A stretch of 63,745 nt of DNA, the filler included, from Octopus bimaculoides (lineage: Eukaryota), in NCBI RefSeq assembly GCF_001194135.2. It is 5 parts of 4 records of this genome, joined end to end, with 100 filler letters (N's around TTAATTAATTAA, not from the genome) between each part and the next. Parts side by side here need not be neighbours in the genome. Positions count along the whole stretch, not along the records: positions 1 to 14,298 come from NC_068997.1; 4 more parts are not named here. The stretch is one strand, 5' to 3'. The position numbers were made by a program, and so were the translations under genes. The notes under the pieces were generated by a model. That model had not been told where the DNA came from. It searched no databases and was given only the letters and a program-made list of their open reading frames with translations. Positions 1-10,879 of the stretch are shown here, piece after piece (within the stretch, counting starts at the first letter, position 1; each line of letters opens with the position of its first letter).

Positions 1-169
1 GTGGCAAAATAGATTTTTCGATAATGCTTAAAAATTGACAGTCCGGTCCTAAGGTACCCAAAAAGTTAAATATTGCAAACTTTGAATTATCAAGCAACTT
101 GCTAAGATTCCATGTGGCCATGCTGGAGCATCGCCGTTTTGCTACACTGTTATTATTGAGAGCCTCTTC

Positions 170-560
170 TAATATGTGGCTTTTGGTGAAGAGTGGAGTT
201 TGCTGTAGCTACCCTCATTTGCACCTCTTGCCGTGAGGTAGGTTCGTCTTAGACTCTCGACAGGAAGAGGTCCAGCCTTGATTTAAAAACGCCTACATCT
301 ACTTCGTGCAGGTTCCTTAGGCTCTTTGAGACAATATTAAAAAGCTATGGGCCCCGGAAACCTATGCTGTTGCAGTAACTGGTCCTGAAGCGCGATGGCA
401 TTGCTGGTATCTTTGGCACTATACAGTGTTGACCCGTTCTGGCATTGGTGTAGCTTTCAATGCCAAAATTTGGCACAATTCCTTCCAAGATCTTCCAGAT
501 GTATATTACTGCATACCTCTCCCGCCTTTGCTCCAGGGAGTAGAGACATACCTCTCTTGC
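170..560 (-). pseudogene. CR1/Jockey-group LINE ORF2 C-terminal fragment
   Basis: Minus strand reads LYSLEQRRERYAVIYIWKILEGIVPNFG...NSIGFRGP*LFNIVSKSLRNL...FKSRLDLFLSRV*DEP...ANSTLHQ, the characteristic CR1 ORF2 C-terminus, with in-frame stops. Confidence 0.85.
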
Positions 561-629
561 CTTCGCTCCAAGGAGTAGAGGCATACTTCTCCCGCTTTCG
601 CTCCAGGGAGTAGAGACATACCTCTCCCG
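512..629. repeat. 35-bp tandem repeat, about 3.4 copies, derived from the CR1 LYSLERRRERY coding segment
   Basis: Units CATACCTCTCCCGCCTTTGCTCCAGGGAGTAGAGA start at 512, 547, 582 and 617. Confidence 0.9.
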
Positions 630-1033
630 ACAGGTATACATACATACACACACACACCGGCCTTCGTCCTAAAATAAACTTAAATTAATCGCTGTGGTCC
701 ATTTCATCGGATGTTCCTTCCCACGAAAAATAAATGTAAGCTTCTGCTAACTCAAATTATCATTATTAACTATGTCGCATCACTGAATTATGGGGCGTTA
801 ATATTCCTTGCTGTAATCTCAGACCTTGTAGGGCAACATCAGAAAGCTTTTCCTTCAGACTTTATCAGAGAAGGATACCAACAGCACCAACCAGCATATT
901 GATAACACTCTCATCTAATATCCTCTCCAAGAATGCTTTTAATCAGGCAAAATTAGGAATTTCTTTGATTGCTAGAATTTGTACAACATTTTCTAACGAG
1001 AGAGCGGCTACAAACACGCTTGACCTGCAAGAA

Positions 1034-1369
1034 GAGAGGTTTTCAACCGGAGGCTATATGACCCCTAGAGGTCCATATAAGATTTTTGGGGTTACACACA
1101 AGCAAAATAGTAAAGCGAGGACCCATAATAGTGTATTAAGGGTCCATGAAAAAATGTGGATTTAGATTTATTTATTGCAAGAAGCAGGTTTCTTCCTCCG
1201 ACGTTTTACTTAGTTCAACTTACACAAGTTACTTTGTGAAAAGAAAACCCCAGAATTTTGAAAGAAGTATCTCAAAACCTTGATTTTAAACATCGAATGG
1301 CTACGGGGTCCACCATAATAGAATAATAATCATAGGGGTCCTTGAGAAGAAAATAGTTGAGAACCCCTA
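1034..1369. mobile_element. hAT (Charlie-like) MITE, copy 1
   Basis: Degenerate TIRs GAGAGGTTTTCAACC / AGTTGAGAACCCCTA. Degenerate 8-bp TSD TGCAAGAA/TGATAGAA. Homologous to 51412-51735 in the opposite orientation. Confidence 0.75.
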
Positions 1370-2345
1370 TGATAGAAATAACAAGCAAGTCTCTCTCCTT
1401 AAATCACACACAACTTGTCTTAAATAAAGAAGGCTAGACCTGATAATGGGGTACTTAAGATGCAAGAAGGTAGGATGGTCAGTGTTGGAACGTCTATGGA
1501 CATAGTATTGCTCACTTAGAGTTGACCCCAGGTTATAAAACATGAGACATGTCGACCAAGTCACGCCACAGATAATATCAAACTTCACTGTTAAACCTTT
1601 AACACTCGAATCTGTGATAAGCGCCTGATTCATTCAGGTTTGTGTTTTGTCAAAAACTGTGAACGCTGCGTGACAGCGTAACACTGCTTAAAATAAAATA
1701 AAAAATGGGGTTCATGTGCATAGGCGTGTATTTCTGTGTATGTGTGTGTGTGTGTGTTTGCATGATAAGGCTGTGATACACTTGTGAAAAAGAAAATATC
1801 TGATATTACCCGATAAAGATATGTGTACACATTTTCCCCACTGTTGTACGCGCGCGCGCTCATTTATACACTGTCAAACACGTTTCTGTATGAGTGTGTG
1901 TGTGCGTGCGTGTGTGTGTGTGTATTTTGATAAGACTGTGATACAATTGTAAAAAGATAACCTTTGATTCTCTCCACACACACACACACATACATACATA
2001 TATACATATATTTACATATACATTATATATGAGAATATATATATACACACATAAATATACATATACACTTATATACATATACATATATGAATGTATAGTG
2101 GTTGCTTTCTCATACACGAGCAAAGCCATTGCTAGAAACACTCATTGAAATGAGTCATTGATGATGCAATGTGAGGCCGTTGTCCGACTCCTGAGCCCAG
2201 CCAAAGATTTGCACATTCTAATACGTAACGCACACCTGTGCTGGCTGGCAGAAGGAACAGGTGTCACAGTATGAAGTCTTTTGACATGCCTTTTCAATCC
2301 TCCAACTGAAAGGCACACCTATCCACAGTTTCCACAATAGCCGTA

Positions 2346-2900
2346 TCACAATTTACAAGGGGTTGATTCCTGTCTTCTCTGATGGCTGACCAGGCCTATA
2401 TGGCTCAAGTATTTCCTCCCACAAATCACACACATAAAAAGCAACACTCTACCATCCTCCACAGATTCATTCTTTCTAAGCTTTCTCTTGATCTTCTCAT
2501 GCTTCATTTTTCTCTCTTTCAAACTTCGAACGATCCCTGAGCACTCTTTTCCTCCATCCATTTCGATCTTGTTCTCTCTCCCAGTTAACATCTGAAATTC
2601 CTGTCTGTGTCCAAGCAGTTTTAAGGCAGTCTTTGAACCTCATTTTGGGTTTATACGCTAGCCTTTTACAATTTGCAGCTCACCATACAACAGTTGCTTA
2701 GGAAGTCTTTTATCATTCATTCTCGCTAGATGTCCACCTCGCCTGAAACAACGATCAGCTACACACTCCTACAACAACTTATCTCAAGTTCCTCTACATC
2801 ACTGATCACCATTCTCCAATTTATCCCAAGAATTTTCCTAAGACAATATTGATGGAATCGTTCCAAATGTCCCAAATGCTTACAATAAACACACCCTAAT
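2346..2900 (-). pseudogene. RTE-clade LINE 3' fragment (post-RT region plus C2H2-like finger)
   Basis: Reads HLERFHQYCLRKILGINW..., GHLARMNDKRLPKQLLYGEL...KPKMRFKDCLK and CVICGRKYLSHIGLVSHQR, with frameshifts and stops. Confidence 0.85.
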
Positions 2901-3643
2901 ACGCTAACTAAAGATTATCGTAATGAGAATGATGGATCCAAAACATATGAGTGGAATCAGCCCCGACTGGAGTTACCGGAAACTCGGGTTGTCATCCAGG
3001 CCTTTCTTAATTTGCGGTGCCACGTCTTATGTTGTGGATTTTCGAAATACAGGGAAAATGAAAATGTAATGGCATTTTAAAGTCTTAGAACAATTTTAAC
3101 TCTTCAATTAATAGCAACAACACATACTTTTTCGAACGAGGAAAAGAAGGCTATTTTAATGAACGGAAGTCTTTTGTTTTTTTATATTGCTGAAAATGAG
3201 ATCGTTTTGTTAGCATTCTGAATGTTGAGGAAGAGATTGTCACATATGACATAGAGAAAAATGTACATGACAGAGATATGTGACAAAAGAAAACGCCTCT
3301 ATATAATACAATAAAATTAATTAAACTACTGGCATATCCGCAGACCCCAAAACTTCCTTTACCTATCTACATCCATTTTGTGAACCACTAACAACAAACA
3401 AAACAAAGCAATCCCATGACCTAAAGCTAACACACCTAACATGTTTACACACCTGACATGTCTACAAAGTTGCACATGCATGAATGAATTCTGAACAATA
3501 ACATAACCCAAAATTTAATAAAAATTGCTCCAAAACGCCTCTCCATCAAAACCTTACACCGTAATTAGCATTCAACTGGAACTCACCCAAGGAAGATTGA
3601 ATCTCAACAGAGATCATATAAACAAGATTAACTTAACTGCACC

Positions 3644-3688
3644 ACAGTTCGACGATGGCTTAGTTGGCCGAAACTTCGAAGTCACTGT
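3644..3688 (+). ncRNA. Minimal type-I hammerhead-ribozyme-like motif (variant core)
   Basis: Stem I ACAGT/ACTGT; core TCGACGA plus an extra T; stem II GGC/GCC; GAA; palindromic stem III ACTTCGAAGT; GUC cleavage triplet. Confidence 0.5.
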
Positions 3689-4351
3689 CAATGGTATTCT
3701 TGCTTAAGGATTACATGCTGATGCTACTAGACGAGAACAGAAGCTGTGCTTTTGACTAGAGGCCATTTGTGGTCCCACTAAGACGAGTAACTGGATTTCT
3801 CGTAGCGTTTGGACACTTTCTTGAAAATGTTCAGCTTTTTATTACTAGTGGAGTCGGGTTTGATATTTTAGACGCAAGCTGGGACAAGTCTGGATCTCAG
3901 CCAATGGGGGGAAAGGGTTTAAAGCCCTCCCAGACCTGTTTAGGCTGCTTCAATTGCCTGACAACTACAGATAGGATTTCTCGCTGAAGGACTTAGTGTG
4001 TGTGCATCAAGCAACCGCGTCTGGTCAAGAGCTTTGGGCACAGGGCTGCACGATCGAGGCTAACCCAGGTTAAATACTACTATCAACTTTAACTTTGCAA
4101 TCTATCGAATGAGCCTTTATGCGAATGCTAGAAATAGCAGCCAAATCAACCTCAAACTGCATCTATGAAAGATAAAACACAAAGCAAAAAAATATTAGAT
4201 AATGTAGTCCTACATAGCTTTAATGAAAAATGGGATGGCCATGGATATAATGCCTTCAGTCTTAGATCTGCTCATTCATGGTTGACCTAGGGCTAAACCG
4301 TGTGGGAACTATCAGCTACAACCTTTAACATGTGTCTGCTGATAAAAGCCT

Positions 4352-4685
4352 TGTAGTAACGCCGTGCGCATGCGTGAAATTCAACATCCAAGCGTTTCCC
4401 GCTTTATTCTGTCTCTTTCTCGCCTGGCCGGCATTGAGCATGGACGCGTCAAGCCTTCTCTCCATCTTTCGAACTCACGCCAGACAGCTCACATCAACAT
4501 TCCGGCGTCTCAGCAACCATGCTCTCTCACAGAAGGCGTCTCAACAACCAAGAGTAAAGCTGTCTATTTACCACCATGAATAAATATTGTTGTGTTGATA
4601 GTTTGGAGTTCTGCGTTCCGTTCATTTCTAATTTAATATAGGAAAGCAGGTATACATCTAATGATGTATAACCCACATTCCTATA
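4352..4685 (+). repeat. 5' LTR (334 bp)
   Basis: TGTAG...CTATA termini, AATAAA at 4579-4584, followed after 2 nt by the TGG of the PBS. Confidence 0.85.
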
Positions 4686-4687
4686 AC

Positions 4688-4721
4688 TGGTGACCCTCCG
4701 ACGTGATTCAAACACGCAGCC
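4688..4721 (+). promoter_or_regulatory. Extended primer-binding site complementary to the tRNA-Trp(CCA) 3' half
   Basis: The reverse complement GGCTGCGTGTTTGAATCACGTCGGAGGGTCACCA matches the metazoan tRNA-Trp 3' end GGCTGCGTGTTCGAATCACGTCGGGGTCACCA (recalled, not searched) with 1 substitution and a 2-nt insertion. Confidence 0.8.
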
Positions 4722-4750
4722 CGCTGAGCTATTTAACGCATTCCTATAAC

Positions 4751-4762
4751 TGGTGACCCCGA
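4751..4762 (+). promoter_or_regulatory. Second, short tRNA-Trp PBS
   Basis: TGGTGACCCCGA, preceded by a second copy of the LTR end CATTCCTATAAC (63-bp period). Confidence 0.75.
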
Positions 4763-5130
4763 GTACGAACAACTGCAGCCACGAAATCTGAACTAATCAG
4801 CATCATCATCGCCATGAGCAACACGAGTCTACGACCACATACCGCCGGCGCATCAACAACCACTACCAACTAGGAGCATCGCCCCCCGACGTCGCCAACA
4901 GTTTCAACAGGACATCATTACCACCGTCAATACCATTACCACCACACATACAGAACACAGCTATAAACCAGTTCCTGCGCCGACGTCTTCACCACCAATG
5001 TACTGTCTACCACAATGTCGTGCGCCAACAACCCCACCACCAGGGACACACCAATATCAACACACTCGGTTTTATCTTCACTGTATGAGTGGAGTATCCA
5101 CTCACGGACAACAGTCAGAACTAACCAACT

Positions 5131-5362
5131 AGAATATTCAGTACCAGGTAACAGGTCTCACCTAGCATCCAACGCTCAACTACAGCTCTGCTCACTGACC
5201 ACGACTTCCTGCGTATTAACATTCTAAATATCCTTGTGTAACTTTTATAGAATATTCCGTACCACGTAACACAAGTCCTAGCATCCGACGCTCAACTACA
5301 GCTCTGCTCACGGACCACAACTTCCTGCGTATGGACATACTATAATCTTGTGTAACTCTTAC
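5131..5362. repeat. About 118-bp diverged tandem duplication inside the LTR element
   Basis: Units start AGAATATTC at 5131 and 5249 and share CCTAGCATCC(A/G)ACGCTCAACTACAGCTCTGCTCAC. Confidence 0.85.
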
Positions 5363-5817
5363 ACGAACTGGATTTTTTCTCTACAGACACTTTTACTATG
5401 TTCTGTGTTTTTCTCACACACACACTTGTGCACTCATATATTNNNNNNNNNNNNNNNNNNNNNNNNNNNNNNNNNNNNNNNNNNNNNNNNNNNNNNNNNN
5501 NNNNNNNNNNNNNNNNNNNNNNNNNNNNNNNNNNNNNNNNNNNNNNNNNNNNNNNNNNNNNNNNNNNNNNNNNNNNNNNNNNNNNNNNNNNNNNNNNNNN
5601 NNNNNNNNNNNNNNNNNNNNNNNNNNNNNNNNNNNNNNNNNNNNNNNNNNNNNNNNNNNNNNNNNNNNNNNNNNNNNNNNNNNNNNNNNNNNNNNNNNNN
5701 NNNNNNNNNNNNNNNNNNNNNNNNNNNNNNNNNNNNNNNNNNNNNNNNNNNNNNNNNNNNNNNNNNNNNNNNNNNNNNNNNNNNNNNNNNNNNNNNNNNN
5801 NNNNNNNNNNNNNNNNN

Positions 5818-6015
5818 TCTCTCCATCTTTCGAACTCACGCCAGACAGCTCACATCAACATTCCGGCGTCTCAGCAACCAAGAGTAAAGCTGTCTATTTA
5901 CCACCATGAATAAATATTGTTGTGTTGATAGTTTGGAGTTCTGCGTTCCGTTCATTTCTAATTTAATATAGGAAAGCAGGTGTACATCTAATGATGTATA
6001 ACCCACTTTCCTATA
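5818..6015 (+). repeat. 3' LTR (5' part in gap)
   Basis: Aligns to 4457-4685 with 2 substitutions and a 31-bp deletion. Confidence 0.9.
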
Positions 6016-7026
6016 GCCTGATTAACTGAGGCTTCTGTTATATCAGATATCGGCAACGCTGCGCGACAGTGTAACATTGTTTCTTTGGTGTGTGTGTGCG
6101 GTGGGGGTGGGGGAGGAGTGATAAGGCTGTGATACAATTGTAAAAAGATAGCCGATACTTGTGTGTGTGTGCGTGTGAGGATAAGGGCGGAGGTTGTGTG
6201 TGATACAATTTCAAAATGATAAACTTTGATATTTCTCAACGCACGCACGCTCGCACGCATATATTAGTTTTGGCCAAGAAAAGGTCGACAGTAATTTCAG
6301 AGTTAGTGCCTCCTAACTGCCAACACATCGTCAACTTTTCCAGTGTAAAAATAAATAAATAAATTTGCTTCTCAACTAAATTCCTTGAATTCAATGTTCA
6401 ACAGCGTTTATATGTAACTTTCCATAAAAGCATTCACGTGATTATTCAATAAGTTGGATGCGTAACCTAAAGTCGAAGTAGCGCATATTAGGCATAGGGG
6501 ACAAAACGTTTCTTCATTTCCTTCATTCACACTCTCAGGACAGACGTTTAATCTTCTCCCATGATCTAACCAATGCCTATATCATATGTTTTAAGTTAGA
6601 TTCTTGAAGACAATCTTTTAGAGACTTACCAACGTGAATATCAACAACATGCATTGTAATCTACACCTGAATTTTAAGTTTTTTATTTTTATCACAAGGT
6701 GTAAAGGCATTTGCAGTTGAAGTGTAAAGACATTTACAATTTAGGTACCAAGGCATTCAGATATCGAGTAGAATTGTCTAAAGAAAAACCCCTACAATTT
6801 TGCGATCATCTGTTGTTTCCTCACTTTGATATTGAACCTGCCTCGCCGGCCTTAAATATTTTTGTATCACTCATCATGGTTGTTATCCACCCCTTAATAC
6901 TATCCTTATAAATATTTTAACCGCTTTAAAGACACGAGGATTAGCATTGATGGTGTGATCATTTTGAAGATAGTCAATAAACACAATATGTTTTGCATTA
7001 ACATATAATAGTATGTGTAATAAGGT

Positions 7027-7302
7027 GGAGAATTGGTGTCACTTCAGAGAGAGCATCATTTGCTGTGACAGCCTGACTTCTGCCCTTCAGGAAATCATGC
7101 AGCCACTCTCCCAGTCTACCAGCGATACCGAGGTCACGCAATTTGTAACATAACATCCCATAATCGACTTTGTCAAAGGCCTAGGCAAGGTCGAGATATA
7201 TCACATCCACATTTGAATGGTTGAGCTGTTGTTTTAGTACGCAGTCGAAGTGCTGTAGTAGCTGTGTTAGGCAGCTCTTTCCAAGACGGAAACCATGTTG
7301 CG
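7027..7302 (-). pseudogene. CR1-type reverse transcriptase fragment
   Basis: QHGFRLGKSCLTQLLQHFD...DVIYLDLA*AFDKVDYGMLCYKLRDLGIAGRLGEWLHDFLKGRSQAV matches the canonical CR1 RT motifs. Confidence 0.9.
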
Positions 7303-7535
7303 TAAACACACCAACACCAGTTGTCAAGCAATGGTGGGGGACAAACACAGACATACACACGCGCGTGCGGATATATACGACGAGCTCCTTTCAGTTTCCG
7401 CGTAGCATATCCACCCACAAGGTTTTGGTCGGTCTGAGCCCATAGAAGAAGACACTTGCCCAAAAGGTACCACGTAGTGGGACTGAACCTTGAACCATGT
7501 GGTTGGGAAACAAGCTTCTTACACAACCACGCCTG
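7303..7535 (-). mobile_element. tRNA-derived SINE family A, partial
   Basis: Same head and body as the full copy at 37724-38134. Confidence 0.85.
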
Positions 7536-7712
7536 AGTTATTTCCAGTGATTTATTTGGGTCATAAAAAAATAACACCACCGACGACGACGGCAACAACA
7601 ACCCTTTACGCAACACGTCTACAATCTCCTCCACAACCACAAATTCGTAACCTTAAACTCCTTGAGCTAACATTTATCTCGTGTTATCTTGTCTTCCTTG
7701 TTTTATTAGATA

Positions 7713-9996
7713 CTAGCAGAAGTGCCCGGCGTTGCTCGGGGTTTAATTGTTTTAAAGTACTGTTGATGATTCTACTCAATTATGATTATTGAGGGAAAGA
7801 TTGCTATAAGTTGAAAACCAACCAATCAATTTGCAAGTGGACAGAAAGCCTTGCCTAGAGCATTGCAGCACTCTGAGAAGTGGGTAACAATAGAATGTGA
7901 GGTGACCCTGAAAAAGCTGTTTTATTGTTCTCACAATTGTAACAATGTCTTAGCAATGCAGATGACTTAAGACACGCATGTACTGTATCAGCTCTATTCT
8001 CCTTGGGAATAACTGGAAGTGTTTGCCTGAAGTCCCCTGAAAGAAGAAGTGTTATGCCTCCCATGGGAACTGTAGAGTCTTTGATGTCTCTCAGAGATCT
8101 ATGTAGCGCCTCAAGAGCACCTCTGTGGGCCATTGTACATTCATCCCAAACGATAAGCGTGCATCGTCTGAACACTTCTGCCTGATCTGAGCTGTTACTG
8201 ATGTTGCAAATTGGTGTGTCCGTCTTCGCTAAGTCAAGCGGAAGGTTGAAAGTGGAGATTCCAAATGATGCCACAGCTAAGGCAATGCCTTGTGTTCGCC
8301 TAATCTCAGCCAATATTAATTTTGTGACAAAAGTTTTGCCAGTTCCTGCAGGAGCGTCGAGGAAGAAAATCACCCCACCTTTGTCCCGGACAGAATTAAT
8401 AACGGAGTTGTAAGCGAACTTCTGTTCTGGAAGGAGCTTTGGCTCATTGTTCACTATGTACTGGGCAAGTTCGTCAACATTATAACATGTCTCACGCAGC
8501 AAATCGGAAGACAGTGTGTTTGGGCGTTCCCGGTTTGTTGAAGGTNNNNNNNNNNNNNNNNNNNNNNNNNNNNNNNNNNNNNNNNNNNNNNNNNNNNNNN
8601 NNNNNNNNNNNNNNNNNNNNNNNNNNNNNNNNNNNNNNNNNNNNNNNNNNNNNNNNNNNNNNNNNNNNNNNNNTAGACAACTGTTAAACTTGACACCGGG
8701 ATGTCCTTGAACATCCTGACCTGACTTCCTACGCACCCAAGTGTTCTTTGACCACGCATAGTAGGACGGAACCTGAGGGTATAAAAGTGTTTTGGCAAAT
8801 GTGTCAATTTGGCAAAGCCTAAAAAAACCAGTCAAAGTTGTTTCTTTTCGATTGGCCGCCAATTGAGCAGCAGTCTGTTCAATAAAATAAGTCCGCTGGC
8901 CGTTTTCCAAATGAACCGCGAGTTGTATGATGGCGGGGTTACTTTGGTGAAGCGGAAACCCGAATATCCGCCAAAAAGCTTCAGCACTGCTGATATATCG
9001 ACCTGCCAAGTACTGCGACACCTCGTCCATGCTATTGTCCTTTTGAAGGCCGAACATGGCAGCGTCCGAACCCATGTTAACATAAGTACTGAATGACAGA
9101 ACTCCACATTTATATGAGCGTTGAAAATTGTCATCAGTAATGGACAGTATGGGACCACCCATCTATTATCGACTTGATTACCCCGTAAGGTTATAGTGAA
9201 TCCCCCATTCTCAGGTCGCCTTCGTCTGTACAGTGGATATCCATCACCAGCGGTCTGGGTCTCGTCCACGAAACTCTTTGGGTATCGTTTAGTGCACACA
9301 TGGTCTTTGTGGCATGAGGAGAATTTTTGAAAACCGGGACCGCACGAACCATGCACCACGTGTGCCTTGACAATGTCGTACAGCTGCTTCTGCTTGAAAA
9401 TCCTGGCAACAAGATCATGCCGATGGCAGTACTGCTGGTGTGGGAGAAGTTCCCGTGTTACCTCAACCCACTTGGGGTAACATGTAAACGTGATGAATAA
9501 ATCAAGGCATCCATAGTGCCGAACGAAAGTCATAGCATCTTGTGTTCGCTCGTGCATGTATCGTGGCCCCTCTGTATATGTTGAGGGGAGAATGCACATT
9601 TTGCCGATGTTTCTTGGGTCAGCGTCATTATTGATGCCATCACGCAAATGGATGTAGGAATCTGATCGCAGCTTCTTGTAAGTGACAGGTATTTGCATGT
9701 ATCTGTGTATTTGTATGTAAGTGTATAGGTGGCATTTCATGTGTGGAATAAAAGGTGAAAGTTGTTATAGAAAGAGGAAATTAGATTTTATTAGGGAGAA
9801 AATGTTTACCTCCGTAGTTTTACGGATTTTATTCATTATTAGGAAATTTTTGGAGTGAAAAAATGACGCAGTGACCTAACTTATTGTATTTAGAATATTA
9901 ATTGCGATTGTTTAATCGAAGAAATTTTGAATTGTGTAAATGTATTAATTTTAAACATACACACACACAGAGAAAATTTGCCTTTTATAGTATAGA
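7713..9996 (-). mobile_element. Internally deleted Helitron with both termini
   Basis: 5' end A|TCTATACTATAAAAGG at 9996. 3' hairpin CCCG-AGCAACGC-CGGG, then 8 nt, then CTAG|T ending at 7713. AT target site. Rep and PIF1-helicase remnants lie between. Confidence 0.9.
7855..9740 (-). pseudogene. Helitron RepHel remnant (Rep plus PIF1-like helicase)
   Basis: Rep motifs ILPSTY..GPRYMHERTQDAM, DLFITFTCYPKW, DNRWVVPY, HINVEFC; helicase motifs FLDAPAGTGKTF, IVWDECTM, LLSGDFRQTLPV. Frameshifts, deletions and a truncated C-terminus. Confidence 0.92.
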
Positions 9997-10313
9997 TTCA
10001 ANNNNNNNNNNNNNNNNNNNNNNNNNNNNNNNNNNNNNNNNNNNNNNNNNNNNNNNNNNNNNNNNNNNNNNNNNNNNNNNNNNNNNNNNNNNNNNNNNNN
10101 NNNNNNNNNNNNNNNNNNNNNNNNNNNNNNNNNNNNNNNNNNNNNNNNNNNNNNNNNNNNNNNNNNNNNNNNNNNNNNNNNNNNNNNNNNNNNNNNNNNN
10201 NNGATTGTTTCAGTTTTGATAGTTTTCTTTTTCTCCTTCCTTTCTTTTTGTATTTGTTGTTGGATTTTCCGTAAAGCTTCATAAGAGAAAGTAGGAGTTG
10301 AAAGGATTTGTAT

Positions 10314-10547
10314 TAGAAAGAGGAAATTAGATTTTATTAGGGAGAAAATGTTTACCTCCGTAGTTTTACGGATTTTATTCATTATTAGGAAATTTTTGGA
10401 GTGAAAAAATGACGCAGTGACCTAACTTATTGTATTTAGAATATTAATTGCGATTGTTTAATCGAAGAAATTTTGAATTGTGTAAATGTATTAATTTTAA
10501 ACATACACACACACAGAGAAAATTTGCCTTTTATAGTATAGATTCAA
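10314..10547 (-). repeat. Second copy of the Helitron 5' end plus 5 bp of flank
   Basis: Appears identical to 9768-10001 (234 bp), on the other side of an N gap. Confidence 0.85.
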
Positions 10548-10879
10548 TGAGTGTCATGCAATATACGATAAAAGTTTCAGTATTATCGACGATATACAAA
10601 CTTAAAAGGCGCTGACATATACACTTCCTACTTTACACTAATGAAAGAAACAAAATAAATGTGTAAAGAAACGACTACAAAGATAAAGGGAGATAAGTAT
10701 TTTAAGAAAAAACATAAATTCTTTCCCTTGCATTAAATTTTAAGTAAAAAAACGGAGCTTCTTGAAAAATATAGATATACAGGATGGATAATAAATTTGA
10801 TCTACTAAAAAGAAAAAAAGAACAACAACCAAAACCCCCCCTCTAAATAAGCATTTTAGATTAGCTGTAACCCACACCA

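Larger units (their letters stand above)
4352..6015 (+). mobile_element. Non-autonomous miniature LTR retrotransposon (Gypsy-type termini, TRIM-like)
   Basis: Starts TGTAG at 4352 and ends CTATA at 6015. 4-bp TSD GCCT (4348-4351, 6016-6019). Two near-identical LTRs, a tRNA-Trp PBS, and no recognisable gag/pol in the sequenced internal part. The PPT and the start of the 3' LTR fall in the N gap. Confidence 0.85.

Noticed and set aside
4301-4351. Alternative LTR start at TGTGGGAA (4301)
   Set aside because: It gives no TSD, whereas 4352 gives GCCT/GCCT and agrees with the empty paralogous site at about 1623.
170-7302. The two minus-strand CR1 fragments considered as one interrupted element
   Set aside because: The order is compatible, but several kb between them are neither CR1 nor identifiable insertions.
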